Of a stretch of DNA of 64,000 bases, positions 29,030 to 41,367 are shown one piece after another (positions within the stretch are counted from its first letter, which is position 1; every line of letters begins with the position of its first letter). The translations under genes were made by a program, and so were the position numbers. The notes under the pieces are model-generated. The model saw nothing but the letters and a program-made list of their open reading frames with translations. It did not search any database and was not told the origin of the DNA. The DNA lies in NCBI RefSeq assembly GCF_009914755.1, contig NC_060926.1, one strand, 5' to 3'. The DNA comes from the human T2T-CHM13v2.0 reference genome, Homo sapiens.

Positions 29030-32000
29030 CAAGAGGCAGCCAAGAGGAGAATGGATCTTATCACCCCACAAGTGGTGCTTCAAGTCTTCCATCTCATCAC
29101 TCTTTCCATATGACAAACTACGTCATTAAGATACCCCAGATAGTCATTAATTACTAAGTGTGTCTCCTCTACTCTAAGTTTGGTCATGCGAGTATCACCT
29201 AGAGGACACAGGAAAAGCAAGTTTCAGCCGCATGGTGGAAAAACTAAAAATGAGATTAGGATGCTGGGGAGGATTCCAGGGAGAGAAGACCAAGGAGGGA
29301 GAATCCTGGAGGTCATCTTACTCAATGCCCTTATCACAGCCCTCTGTGTGAGCATAGAGATGAAAAATCATGCAGTGTAACTTCTGATTGCCCTTTTCAA
29401 ATTCCCAGAACAAGCACTATGAATCAGCAATGTCCCTTGGAGTGTGGGAGAAAGACTCCCAAGACAGCAGCTTAAGGCTGGCCAAGGTCTCAGGAAATCT
29501 ATTTATGCCCTGGGTCAGCCAAGGCAGGGTTGGAATGAGAAAACTGGGATAGCTAAGCCCTTCGGGGGCAAGTTATTTTAGTAAGAAACCCATTTTGTAG
29601 AATTTAATAAATTCTAGGTTTTGTCACATGCTTTTTTTCCTTTCTATTTTTTCCCTGTTTTCATAAAAAAAAAAAAAAAAAAAAAAGCTTTTTTATTTTT
29701 AGAGGACAAATGGAAAAGTCTCTCTCTTTCCATGACTCAGCCAGAAAAGTTTGAAGGATTATGGTGTTTTACAAGGCCAGATGTGAGGCATCAGGGATGG
29801 AAAGCTTGGTGAGGTGGGGGCTTGGGGAGGGATGCCTACTGCCTCACATCCTTTCAGGCTAAGGAAAGAATGTATTTGGCATCCAAAGTGCATGACAAAT
29901 TTGTGTAACTTCACATACATCCTAGTGGTAGGGACAAGAGAAGATGTCTAATAGTGAGACATAGAGTCAGCAAGGTAGGCAAAACCTGGTCACGAGTATT
30001 TTTATCTAGCTACATAAAGGATTTAGATTTTGTTTTATAAGTTGTGCATAGACACTGATCAGATCTAGTTTTGGCCAGATTATCCAGCAAGGCTAGGAAG
30101 GAAATTGCAGCTGGGAGTGGTATTCATGAGGTCCTTAGGGGAGAGAAAAAGACATAATGTTCTAGAAAAGAGTTTGCACAAATATGTTGTTGAGAACAGA
30201 GTTGCCTCTGCAGTGTTGTCTGAAAGGATGGAATTTTCCCCTTGTAGGTGACAACAGAGCCATTTCTTCACTGTGAAAGATCAAGTTTCAAGTGCACCAC
30301 AGGGAGAAGGGTGAATGAGACCCATTGGTGGTAGAGTCACAGGAATGAGCTGGTAGGGGCAGAAGAACCACAAATGAGGGAGAAATCTGCTCATTTCCTT
30401 CTTTCTTGCCCCAAAGCAAAGCAACAGAATCTGGTCCAAAGGGCTGGTACAGATGGTGGAACAGCACAGCATATGCTCTGCAAGTACTTCCAAGAACCAC
30501 CTATATCTTGGCACTTAAATACTTCACAACAGAGAAAATGTGCTGATAATTTATATATTCAATATGTGTTCATGTGTGTACATGCCCAACATTCACACAC
30601 ACAGAGCCAACACTCAGCAAACTCTGCATCACTAAAACTTAGCTTATGGGCCCTGCTTCCATTTCGTATGCTTTCCCTATTCCTAGTATCACCATACTCT
30701 CTTCTTTCTTCAGTCTTTAGCCCTGTTCTTAGGATTGTGTTCTTACATCAGTTTCTTACCCCTTCAGCAAACTCCAGGGTTCTTAGGGAACCCAATTGCT
30801 AATCCCCATCATGTAGAATAAAAAGCTCTTTCCTCTTTTTAGAAGAATTTCATGCATAACTAAGTATGGCAGGGAAAGTCTTTTATGACCTTGACCTCGT
30901 AGAATATAGTCCGCTACTTAGTAATTTTAATACTTAGTTTCTGTATACCTAAAACCAGGCATGGTCACGTGGAGGTACACTGGCATATACACACCCCACC
31001 AATACCAAGATCTGTGAGTTAAAACAGACCGACAGAAATGCCTCCTTTATTCTCCCTCTGCTTCAGTCTTTAGTCCCCACTGCCTCTGGTAAGTAGGACA
31101 ATGGCCATCATTTCACCACAGCAAAGCAAACAAAGGAAGTGACACTAAGGATGCCCTAGATGGGGATTGCCTGTCTTCAAGTTTTAGACTTCTGATTTGG
31201 ATTACTTTCAGAGCTAGTGTTACTCAATGGACTTGAAAACAAACTCATTTTGCAGTTATTTTCAGGAGGAATCTGTATCCTATCTCCAATATCCATGTGA
31301 CTCTAAGCAGTTCACCTCTTCTCACTGTAACCTCTTCTACAAAACATCCCCAATGTCATTGTCTGCTCCAAATTTACACTTATTGTAATAAAGTAGACTA
31401 GGCAGTGAGTTCACAAACCTCTGGGTGTCTCAATCCTTCGTTAGCAAATTCTTGCCAGCATAGCTGTATGCATGACAACTCCCAACTCCTCCTCACACAC
31501 TGATGTACAACACAACACACAGATACCCAGACCTACACATTCCCATTGTCCCCAAGACATCCAGAACTGTGCCCAGTCCCACACAGATGCATCTGCACAC
31601 AAAAATGCACACCCTGGGTGCAAACATAGTCTCCACATATATTTATGCAAGTGTTTTATAAACAGCAAAACCTTGCTAATTCACAAGCCTCTTTGGCTGG
31701 TGGATTACTGGAGTGTGCAGATTAGAATTAAAACAAATGATTACAAAGTCAAGGATAGCCCATTGCCAAACACATTCTGTTCTTTTGCTTAGTGTTGTAG
31801 TTTTGCCTTAATTTATGGTAATCCTACCCACGCTGCAAGTTAATGTATGGCTGGTTCATAAATGGAGTGCAATCTACTACTCCATTTTGGCTGGGAAGGA
31901 AGAGAAGACCGCCAGGTTTTTAAACAAGTCTTAAAAAAAACAAAAATTACAGTTCTGCCACATATTAATGTGAGAATAGATGAGATTCCTCACTGTTCAT

Positions 32001-32654
32001 ATATATGGTGTATGTGGACAAATATATATACTCATAATGAAGTCCCAGTTCTGTGAAAACTCTTAGAACAGATGTTGAGTTTAATTTCTGTCATAATATA
32101 TGATAGTTTGGTTTAATAAAAAAGAATTTACAGACTTCAGTAGCTTCATGTCCAAGGGCTATATCTCTGCACCAACTGTCATTTACTCCATCATGTCTCT
32201 CCCCTTCATTTCATGTGGGATTTCAGACCCATATTCAGTCCTTCATCCTTCTACCCTGTCTTGTGGTTTCTTCTTCCATGACAGGAACTGATGAAACTCT
32301 TTAATTGTGTCTATCTCTCTATATATTACACACAGAATTCAATACAAACTCAAAGTAGATTTTCACCAGAACCTCACGCCAACCAAGCTTTCCTTCAGTT
32401 TCCAGCCAGCCTTGCTTATACTTCAATCTAAGAACATACCATAAATATTCTACTTTCTTCAATTTCCTGATTCATCCCCATTGAGTTCAAATATACATGA
32501 ATTTTTCTTAGCCTGAATTTTTTCCTCGACTAGAAACAGGTCATAATTTATCTTTCCCATGCATAGAATTTCTGATAAGTAATATGTATTTCTTCCCACT
32601 AGAAAAAAATCCCCGTTGTACCTGAATCCCACCCATCTTATGGAACAGCATTGT

Positions 32655-33815
32655 TTAAAAACTTTGGATTGAAATGTAATGTATCTACAGCATGGTACAC
32701 AGATCACAAGTGTTCAGCTATTTGAATTTTCAGGATTTGAATACACTCATCTAAGTAACTCCCTAGCTCAAAAGAAAGAATATTACTAGAACCACTGAAA
32801 TCCCCCTGCTGGCCTCACGGTCACTATCCTCTATTCCAGGAGTTGATAGAAAACTAACTGTCATCTATTACCACCAATTAATTTTGTCTTTTTGGGAACT
32901 TTATATAAGTGAAATAATGGGATATTTATCTTTTCATATCTTATTTCTTTCAGTCAATGCTGTATTTGAAAGTCAACCATATTACTGTATGCAGTTGTAG
33001 TTCATTCATTCTCATTGCTGTGTAGCACTCCATTGTACAAATAAACCACATTTTTTTCTCCCTGTTGGTGGATAGTTGGGTAATTATTTTTATGGTATTA
33101 TTAATAGTTCTGCTATGTACCTTGTTATGCAGGGTTTTTGGTGAATATGTATAAATTTTTATAGGAAAATACCAGAAATGGAATTGCTAAGTCATAGGAT
33201 GTACAGTGTATGTATGTTCAACTGGAGTACATACACCCAACAGTAGTTTAAAGTCAATGGCTCTAAGAATGTAAGCCCTTATCATCACTGTCTGAGTGTC
33301 CCAAGGTCCTACACACACACCAACACACAGTGTTTAGGGTCATTTTTTTAAAAAAGCAGTGTTGATGATAGTGTAGTAGTATAAACACATTATTACATTT
33401 TGATTCACATTTCCCTGACTGAGCACAATTTTATACATTTATTCATCATTTGACATCCTCTGTTGTGAAGTGCCTAAGGATTTAAAATTAAGCATCTTTT
33501 CATTTGTTTATCGGCTATTTGGATATCCTCCTTCAAGGAGTTCAAGTTTTTGCATATTTTCCTACAGAATAATCTGTCTTTGTGTGTGTGTGATTGGTAG
33601 GAGTTCTTTATATTTTCTGAATAGGAGCCCTTGTTGGATAGGCATATTGTGAATAACTTCTCCCAATTGAGGGTTGCCTTTTTTCTCTGTTAGTGCCTTC
33701 TTTTGATGATATGAAATGAGATGTCAATCATAATACAATTCATTTATCATTTTAACTTTTATGATTAGTGCTTTTTCTGTCCTATTTAAGAAACTGCTAT
33801 TGCCTTACTCCAAGG
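32655..33815 (-). mobile_element. L1ME-type LINE 3' region
   Basis: Antisense L1M 3' motifs: gaactttatataagtgaaataat, gttcattcattctcattgctgtgtagcactccattgt, gagttctttatattttctgaata. Confidence 0.8.
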
Positions 33816-33844
33816 CAGGACATTTTTAAGTTTTTTTTATAGCC

Positions 33845-34000
33845 TGTATTTAATTTGATCCTCAGGACATACCTGTGAAGTAGGCAGAAGAGGTATCATT
33901 TTGTCCATGTTACAGAAGAAGAACATGGACTGAGAGAGGAGAGTGAGTAAGACAGTTCTCAAAGCAAGTCTTCTGACTCCAGCTTCTGAATATCCTGGAA
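33845..34000 (-). mobile_element. MIR/MIR3 fragment
   Basis: atttgatcctcag...cctgtgaagtaggc...tccatgttacagaagaaga. Confidence 0.55.
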
Positions 34001-34329
34001 ACCAAAGTATACTCCAATCTCTTATGATTCCTAAACTTGGGTCACTATTCATGCCAGAACTAAACCTCTCCATGGCATGGCCTGAAAGGACACTGCTTGG
34101 GAAATGTAAAGCCAAGAAGAAGGTCATGGTTATGGGCATTTACAGCAAGTGATTCACATTAAAATATGATGGTATTCCCATCACCTAAACCTGAGGCCTC
34201 TTCTCTACAAGAGTAGATGTAGAAGTTTTTAAGAAAAAGCCAAAGTCCACTTCTCTTTTAACCATTGAATGAGGCAGAGAGGAGTGAGATCCCTCCTGTT
34301 CTCATTACAGCTATATATACATATTTTTA

Positions 34330-34578
34330 AATAAGGAGATGAGGTGGGAAAGAGAGAGGGAAATGAGTGAGAGTTACAGAGAGGAGACTGAAATAAGAAA
34401 GAGTAGTACAGAAGGAGAGAAAGAGGAGGAAGAGATTAAGAAATGTGAAAGACAGTGAGTCAGAGAGAGACAAAGATGAGTGAAAATGGAGAGAGCAGAG
34501 ATGAAATAAGAAAGATTGAGAGAGGAAGGGAAGAGGAAAAGAGAAAAAAATTGTTAAAGAAAACTAAAGAGAAAGAGG
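34330..34578 (+). repeat. GA-rich low-complexity polypurine tract
   Basis: About 250 bp dominated by A and G on the + strand. Confidence 0.85.
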
Positions 34579-34720
34579 CTTGCCATCTATAAGCACTGTG
34601 ATCTTGGCCATACTGTTTTATCTCTTTAGTCTTCACCTTTTTAAAATGGAGATAATAACACATACCCACTGTGGCTGCTGTTGGAATGAAAAAGAGATAA
34701 TGTAGGTAAATGTATTTGCT
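34578..34720 (+). mobile_element. MIR SINE
   Basis: ctgtgatcttggcca...tttttaaaatggagataataaca...gagataatgtaggtaaa. Confidence 0.7.
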
Positions 34721-37700
34721 CAATCACCCCTCTGTGATGGTGGCTTAAATAAAAAATTTGTTAGACAAAACTATTTTAAAAAGCTTCAAGACTGGCCAAA
34801 TCATGAAGTCAATGATGGATAGTATGTTTACATCTACAGCCTACCAAATAGAATTCTTCGTTTTGCCATTAACAAAAATTGATTTGATGACTCCTTGTAG
34901 ATATAAATCCATGGCTACATCTGGAGGTATCTGGACTCACTCCATGCTTAGCTTTAGGAATGATGAACAACTTTAAATTAAGTGCCAAAGCTCAATAAGC
35001 CACTGAGTTTCATTAACACTCTTATTAATGATCAGATTACATGTTAAACAGAGATAATTACTTTCTTGATGACAAATAGGAAGATGTCGTAATCACCAGG
35101 TATAAAAAATAATACCCCCAGAAAAAAAGATATAAAAAGGGACCAAAGTGTAGCAATTTTCCTTTATCAGACTCTTTGAAAAATTTTCAACTAAGTAAGT
35201 TTTGGCACGTGCACACACAAACACAAACAAAACATCTTATTATTCTAGGAGAAATGCCTTCTCTTACAAGGTGTTTGAAATAATTCTGGAATTTAGGAAA
35301 CTTCTTGGGAAATGAATAGAGTGGACTATCTATGGCTTGGTCACCATTTCTGTTTTCATAAGACTAACACCTTCTCTCCAGCCCTATTTGTTTTTTTCAC
35401 TTTCCTGGGCTCCCTATGTATTTGTCTTTTCTATAGTTGCTATGTGTCTCCAGAATTGTTTCATTCATTTAATCACTGAAAAATTATGTATCATTTAATA
35501 AATAATCCTGAGCACCCTGTTGGGATTAGAAACATAAAGTTGGAGGAGGGATGGAAAGCTATGGCAGATCTCTTTCTTGGCTCTCAGAGCCTAGCTCAGG
35601 TGTCCATTCCTGAAACTGATAAAGAGGTAGAAAAGCTTATTCAAAGAGAAAGCAAGTCCCGTTGTTGATATTTTGCAGCTCTACACCTAATGGGGAATAG
35701 GAGGTGTTTTTTAAAAGTAATTTCAGAAGCCTCAGAAACCATATCTTGACCTCCATAAGCACTGTTGCCTGGGGCAACAAAAGTTCTCAGACTCAGTTCT
35801 CCTCTGCGCTCAGGGAAATAATAATGCCTTATTATTCTGACGTACAGAACGACAAAGAAATTTCTTTGCATTTACTTTTTCTGATGCTTACAAAATCTTC
35901 CCTCTCTCCCTGCTAGTTCTATTTTCAGATGATAGAAAAAGGAATTTTTTTAAAAATGCATCTCTTTAAAAGGTCAAGGGAAAACTTGAAAAACTGAAAA
36001 TCACTTGGAGACATCTAAAGTCTGCTTCTATATATGAAAGTGCATTTAAAAGAGTTTATAAAATGAATTTTTAAAAATTAGTATATGCAGCTATTAGGAA
36101 AACATTCCATACCTTAATATTGATGTACCACTTGAAAAGGGAGACTTTTAGATGTGCTCATGGAATACACTAGGGAAAGATGAAGAGCTGCATACACTGA
36201 TCCCTAAAGCCAAACTTAGAGGGGTCATTGGGGTCCTAACCTCAATAATCCAGGCCAGAAAATGTCAGACGGGGTTCTATTTGGTGTCTAGGAAGATGCT
36301 TTCTGAGGGTGCCTAGGGAGTAGTGTAACTTTAAAGGGGACCCACAGACCTACGGGGAACCCTATAAAGGTGAGGGAGGGATGGAGAGCCATGGTGGATA
36401 GCTTTCCCCATCCAAGTTCCCAGAAGGTCCTCTGCCCAGAAAGAAGCCAGATGGAGGGTCTGACTTCACAGCCAGGCTGTCCTTAATCTTGACTATAGCC
36501 CTACCCCACGCAGTGCTACCTACAGTCCTCTCTCCCAATGCAGTCCTAGCTCCCTGCTCACCTCTGTGCAGGCAGTACCAGAACACAGTACTGGCTCCTT
36601 TCTATTCTCCCCAGAAATTCCCCAAAATGACTCTGATTTGCAAAGGTCTGTGAGATTGAGATTGAAGTTACCCTAGAAACATCTCAAAGGTGAGAGAAGA
36701 GGAATGAAAAGAACCTGAGTGGAAATTTGGGAAACTGAAGCATAGTATTTGCTTAGGTATTGCTTGTCTATTTGCCTTGAGGTGTTTCGAAAGCACAGTG
36801 CTCTCATTCGCAAAGCTATCAGGGGCCCATACACACAACTGCACTCTCTTCTTGTGTATAAACACACAACACACTATTTTCCACACCAGACAAACGCATC
36901 ACATTATAAAACTTTTTAACATTGCTTGTTTCTACAAAAGCATGTGGTTAAGTGAGTTTGCTATAACTTAACTCCTTTTTATATACCTACTGATAATTTA
37001 TTTTGATCTACCACTGCTTTTTCCTTTTTAAGCAAAGATTATGCCTCTCAATATGGAATTGTAATCTCTTCTTCTAGTTCCACAATGAAGGACACACCAT
37101 ATTGTCTTAAAGGGGAACTAACATCACTTTATCTAACACATGAAAATAAAGATCAAGTTCACAATAGAGATTAAAGGACTTGGGAAGTTCTTGAAGGGAA
37201 GTTCTTGAAAGGTTTGTAAAGCCAAGCCTGGAGTCACAGAGGGTATTTTTTGCAGCACTCTAAAGCTGCATTCAACTGACCAGTATTTTCCAACCCTGGA
37301 GGCTACATCCCTGAATAATCACACGCTACCACCACTTTCTTTCTGAGATGTTGACAGTCAAAACAACTTCCCTTTTCTCTACTGTAGAGCTTCTGCTTTC
37401 CAAAGAAAATTTTCCCTGATAATTAATTCTCATTTCTCCTCTGTACCAAAACAGAAACACTACCATCTTGTTTATTAAGTTTTCACCAGGAAGGGAGAAT
37501 GTGAGAATCTTCCTGTAAACGTAGGCTGGGGGGAGTCAACAGGTGCAATCTAGAAAGTAAACATAGGTTAATGAAGCACAAATAGTGTTTGGAGCTAAGA
37601 ATGTCCTTGGGACATTTTAAACCATATCTAAGGATTACGCTTACTGGAAGCTCTGCTGGCCTCCTATCCACACAGCTGATATCACATAGGTCATACTGCA

Positions 37701-39052
37701 GGGTTAATTTCACTTCTGCCAATTAAAGATCCCCAGCCCCAAACTCTAGAACCTCAGCATCATTACGTCACACTTGTTTCTTCTCTGGCCCCTAATGTTA
37801 GGCCCCATGCTAGCGACCTCTCTGCTTTGTTCCATTTGGAGCACTAGTTGTATAAGTAGATACTTGCCTGGTGACTTCTATCAGAATCTCTGTGTATAAT
37901 TCTGAAAGAGGTAGGAGCTCGCTTACCTGGGCCCACTTGCCATGCTAGCCTTTCTTTATCATAGAGTGTGATGTATCTTAGTGTGATTTGTCCTTTTATT
38001 TGTCCTTCTCTAGTAAAAGTCTGTTCGGAAGTTCCCCAGGTAAGAAATGGTGTTTACTCATTTCTGTCCTTGGCCCCCAGATTGTTTCTCAGATATAATA
38101 GTCTATTATGAATCATTTTATATATTAACTTTTAATTTATTTGACCCTACAGAGCCATCGGGTTTTGAACTAATTGACAGAAGAAATTAGATCTCACTCA
38201 CTTCAATATTAATCTTCAACTTTGTGCTCAAAATTAAGCACACTCCTATCTTATTTAGCAAAATAAAATTATAAAAGTACGTACTTTAAAATCCACTTAG
38301 AAAATATCTATGGCCAGAAATATTTGCAAAAATTAGAAACTCATGTGTTACTTTATTCATAACTTTATTTATTTCATACATATTGAGCCCCTGCTGTGGG
38401 CCAGACATTGTGCATGTTATTATTTCATTTAATGTACTCACTCCTGAACCTTTCAATAATACAGTGCACTTTTTGAATACAAAATAAAGTTTTACAAGGG
38501 AAGAAAACTCCTGGACCTTTTAAATACCTGGTTATCAATGGCAAATATATCAATTTAATATCAAAATTGAGGTATGAAAAACAAACTCCATTATGGCATC
38601 TCATCATTCATTCCTTTTCCCACCAATTCCCTTGTGGCTTACTCAAGTATTCCTGACATGAATGGTGCTGGAGTGGTCACAGCTCATAAGTGAAGCTTCT
38701 CCTATCCAGATTTCACTGTCATTAGAATTTACTCTATTGTCAACAAAGCAATACTGCTGATGGTTGGAGAAAAACAACTGCCACGGTATCCAAGTGTGGG
38801 AGAAAGCTTTGTTTGAGCTTGGCTCACTTTTTGGAAGAAAGGATAAAAGGCTGCAGAGTTCAAGTGCACAGGACGTGCCTCGATTCCTGCAAGATGGGGT
38901 GCAGAACTCAAGTGCCTAGCCTGTTAAGAAGGCTCTCCTAGAGCAGCCTCCCAGGAAAGCAGCCCTCTAGTGAAAAAAGACAGCATAATATCTCTGAGTG
39001 GCCATTCCATGACACGCCAGGCTCAGAGAAACAGTTTCACGGGTTGCTAGTA

Positions 39053-40318
39053 CAGTATGGCATCGCCTGTTAAGATTGTGGTCAATGACGGACTACATAT
39101 ATGATGGTAGTACCATAAGATTATAATGGAACTGAAAAATTCTTATCACTTGGTGATGTAGTAGCCATCATGAGGTCATAATACAATGTATTACTCACAT
39201 GTTTGTGGTTTTCTGATGTAAACAAACCTACTGTACTGCTAGTCATATAGAAGCATAGCACATATAGAAGCATATATTATGCTCCTATATGTCATATAGA
39301 AGCATAGCACATAGTCATATAGAAGCATAGCACATAGTCATATAGAAGCATAGCACATAGAACTATGTACAGTACATAATACTTGATAATGTTAAGAAAT
39401 GACTGTGTTACTGGCTTATGTATTTACTATACTATACTTTTTATTATTATTTTATAGTGTACTGAGTGTCTTTATTTAAAAAAAAAAATAGTTAGCTGTA
39501 AAACAGCCTCAGGCAGGTCCTTTAGGAGGTACTCCAGAAGAAGGCGTAATTACCTGAGGAGATGACAGCTCCATATGTGTTATGGCCCCTTGAAGACCTT
39601 TCAGTGGACAAGATATGGAGGTGGAAGACAGTGATATTAATAATCCTGACTCCGTGTAGGCCGAGGCTAACGTGTGTTGTTTGTGTTTGAGTTTTTAACA
39701 AAAATTTTAAAAAGTTAAAAAAATAGACATTTTAAAAATAGAAAAAAAAGCTTATAGAATAAGGACACAAAAATATGTTTGTACAGCTGCACAATGTGTT
39801 TGTGTTTTAAGCTAAATGTTATTACAAAAGAGTCAAATTTTTTAAAAAAGTTAAAAGATTATAAAGTTACAGCAAGCTAAAGTTAATTTATTATTGAAAA
39901 GTTCTTATAAATGTAGTGTGCCTTCTGTCTATAATGTTTATAAAGTGATAGTGTATAGTGTACAGTAATGTCCTAGGCCTTCATATTCACTCACCACTCA
40001 CTAACTCTCCCAGAGCAATTTCCACCCTATACAGGTGTACCATTTTTTATCTTTCATACTATATTTGTATTGTAACATTTCTATATTTAGATACACAAAT
40101 ACTTACCATCGTGTTATAATTGCCTACAGTATTTAGTACAGAAACATGCTGTACAGGTTTTTAGCCTAGGAGCAAAACTGTCCCCTGCATCCTAGGTATG
40201 TAGTAAGCTACGGCATCTAAGTCTGTGTAAGTACACTCTGCGACGTTCACACAACAATGTAATCGCCTAATGATGCATTTCTCAGAACATATCCCCGTCG
40301 TTAAGCAACACATGACTG
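39053..40318 (+). mobile_element. Full-length Tigger3b (MER7B/Golem-derived) non-autonomous DNA transposon
   Basis: 5' cagtatggcatcgc...ggtcaatgacggactacatatatgatggtagtaccataagattataatgga; 3' gcatttctcagaacatatccccgtcgttaagcaacacatgactg; TA TSD at 39051-39052 and 40319-40320. Confidence 0.9.
39242..39359. repeat. 23-bp unit: one copy, a fold-back spacer, then three perfect tandem copies
   Basis: gtcatatagaagcatagcacata at 39242, 39291, 39314 and 39337. Confidence 0.95.
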
Positions 40319-40902
40319 TATCTCATTGATTGTGTCAAATTAGAGCTGGCTAACCAGAACTGACAGTGATTCATTCAAAATAAAGTGTCAGGAAAAATCA
40401 AAGCTTGGGCTTCTTTTTCCTGCCTCTAAGCAATACAGACTTGCCTATCATTTTTAATATATGAGAAATGGATGGAAAAGTAACCTTATCAATAATCAGT
40501 GAAAGGATGAAAGATGCCTCTCCTTAAAGTTTAGAAGTCTTCAATGCTTCCCCACCCCCACCATCTAAATGGTACAGTTTTAAAACCTGCACCTTTTCTT
40601 AGTATAAGGCCCTCCACAGTCCCCACCCTCTTCCCCAAATTCAATATGAAGCAAACAAGTCATCTCCCTGGAATGTATCTCCTCTCCATTCTTTATAATT
40701 GTCTCCGTTCCGCTTAACATGCAAAGCCAATCTCAACACATACCTTCCTATAGTCACTATGCTGACCACGGTATTCACTGAGGACTCACTTTTCTAAATT
40801 GTCTAAGCCACTCTTAAACTACCAGGGCAGCTATTGCCCAGCACTAGGTCCTGTAGATAGGCTATCCTCTCTAAGAAGGCACAAGTCTTTCAAAAGTAGA
40901 AT

Positions 40903-41367
40903 CTTCTATTTATTCCGTTTGGCATCACAAAATTCTGAAACCCAGACATCTTAAAACAACATAAATTCATTCTCTCTTCTTCCTGGAAGTTAGAAGACCA
41001 AGACCAAGGTATCCACAGAGCCAGTCTCTCTCTGAAGGGTCTACGGAAGGATCTGTTCCATTCCTTTCTCTTAGTTTCGGGTATTGCTGGCAATGCCTGG
41101 CATTACTTGCTTACAACTGCATAACTCCAATTTCTGCCCCCAACTTCACATGGCCAACTTCCCTCTGTGTCTGTATCTTTCTAAGCCCTCTCTTTTTCTG
41201 ATAAGAACACCAGTCATATTGGATTTAGGCCCCATCCTATCCAGTCTGTCCTCATCTTACCTTAACCAGTTACATCTGCAAAGACCCTATTTCCAAGTAG
41301 GGTCACTTTCTGAGGTTCTAAATACACATACATTGGGTGAGGGGCGAGCACTATTCAAAGCAGTACA
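40903..41367 (-). mobile_element. MLT1C-like MaLR solo LTR
   Basis: cttaaaacaacataaattcattctctc...ataagaacaccagtcatattggatttagg...ttacatctgcaaagaccctatttccaa. Confidence 0.85.

Noticed and set aside
37182-37209. 14-bp tandem duplication gggaagttcttgaa x2 (similar small duplications at about 10420-10460 and 63409-63448)
   Set aside because: These are ordinary slippage duplications, and the TTC-N2-GAA spacing is not a canonical STAT site.
38014-38039. 26-nt micro-exon candidate with a CAG/GTAAGA donor
   Set aside because: It appears to lie in decayed L2-like sequence, the acceptor is modest, and there is no independent support.
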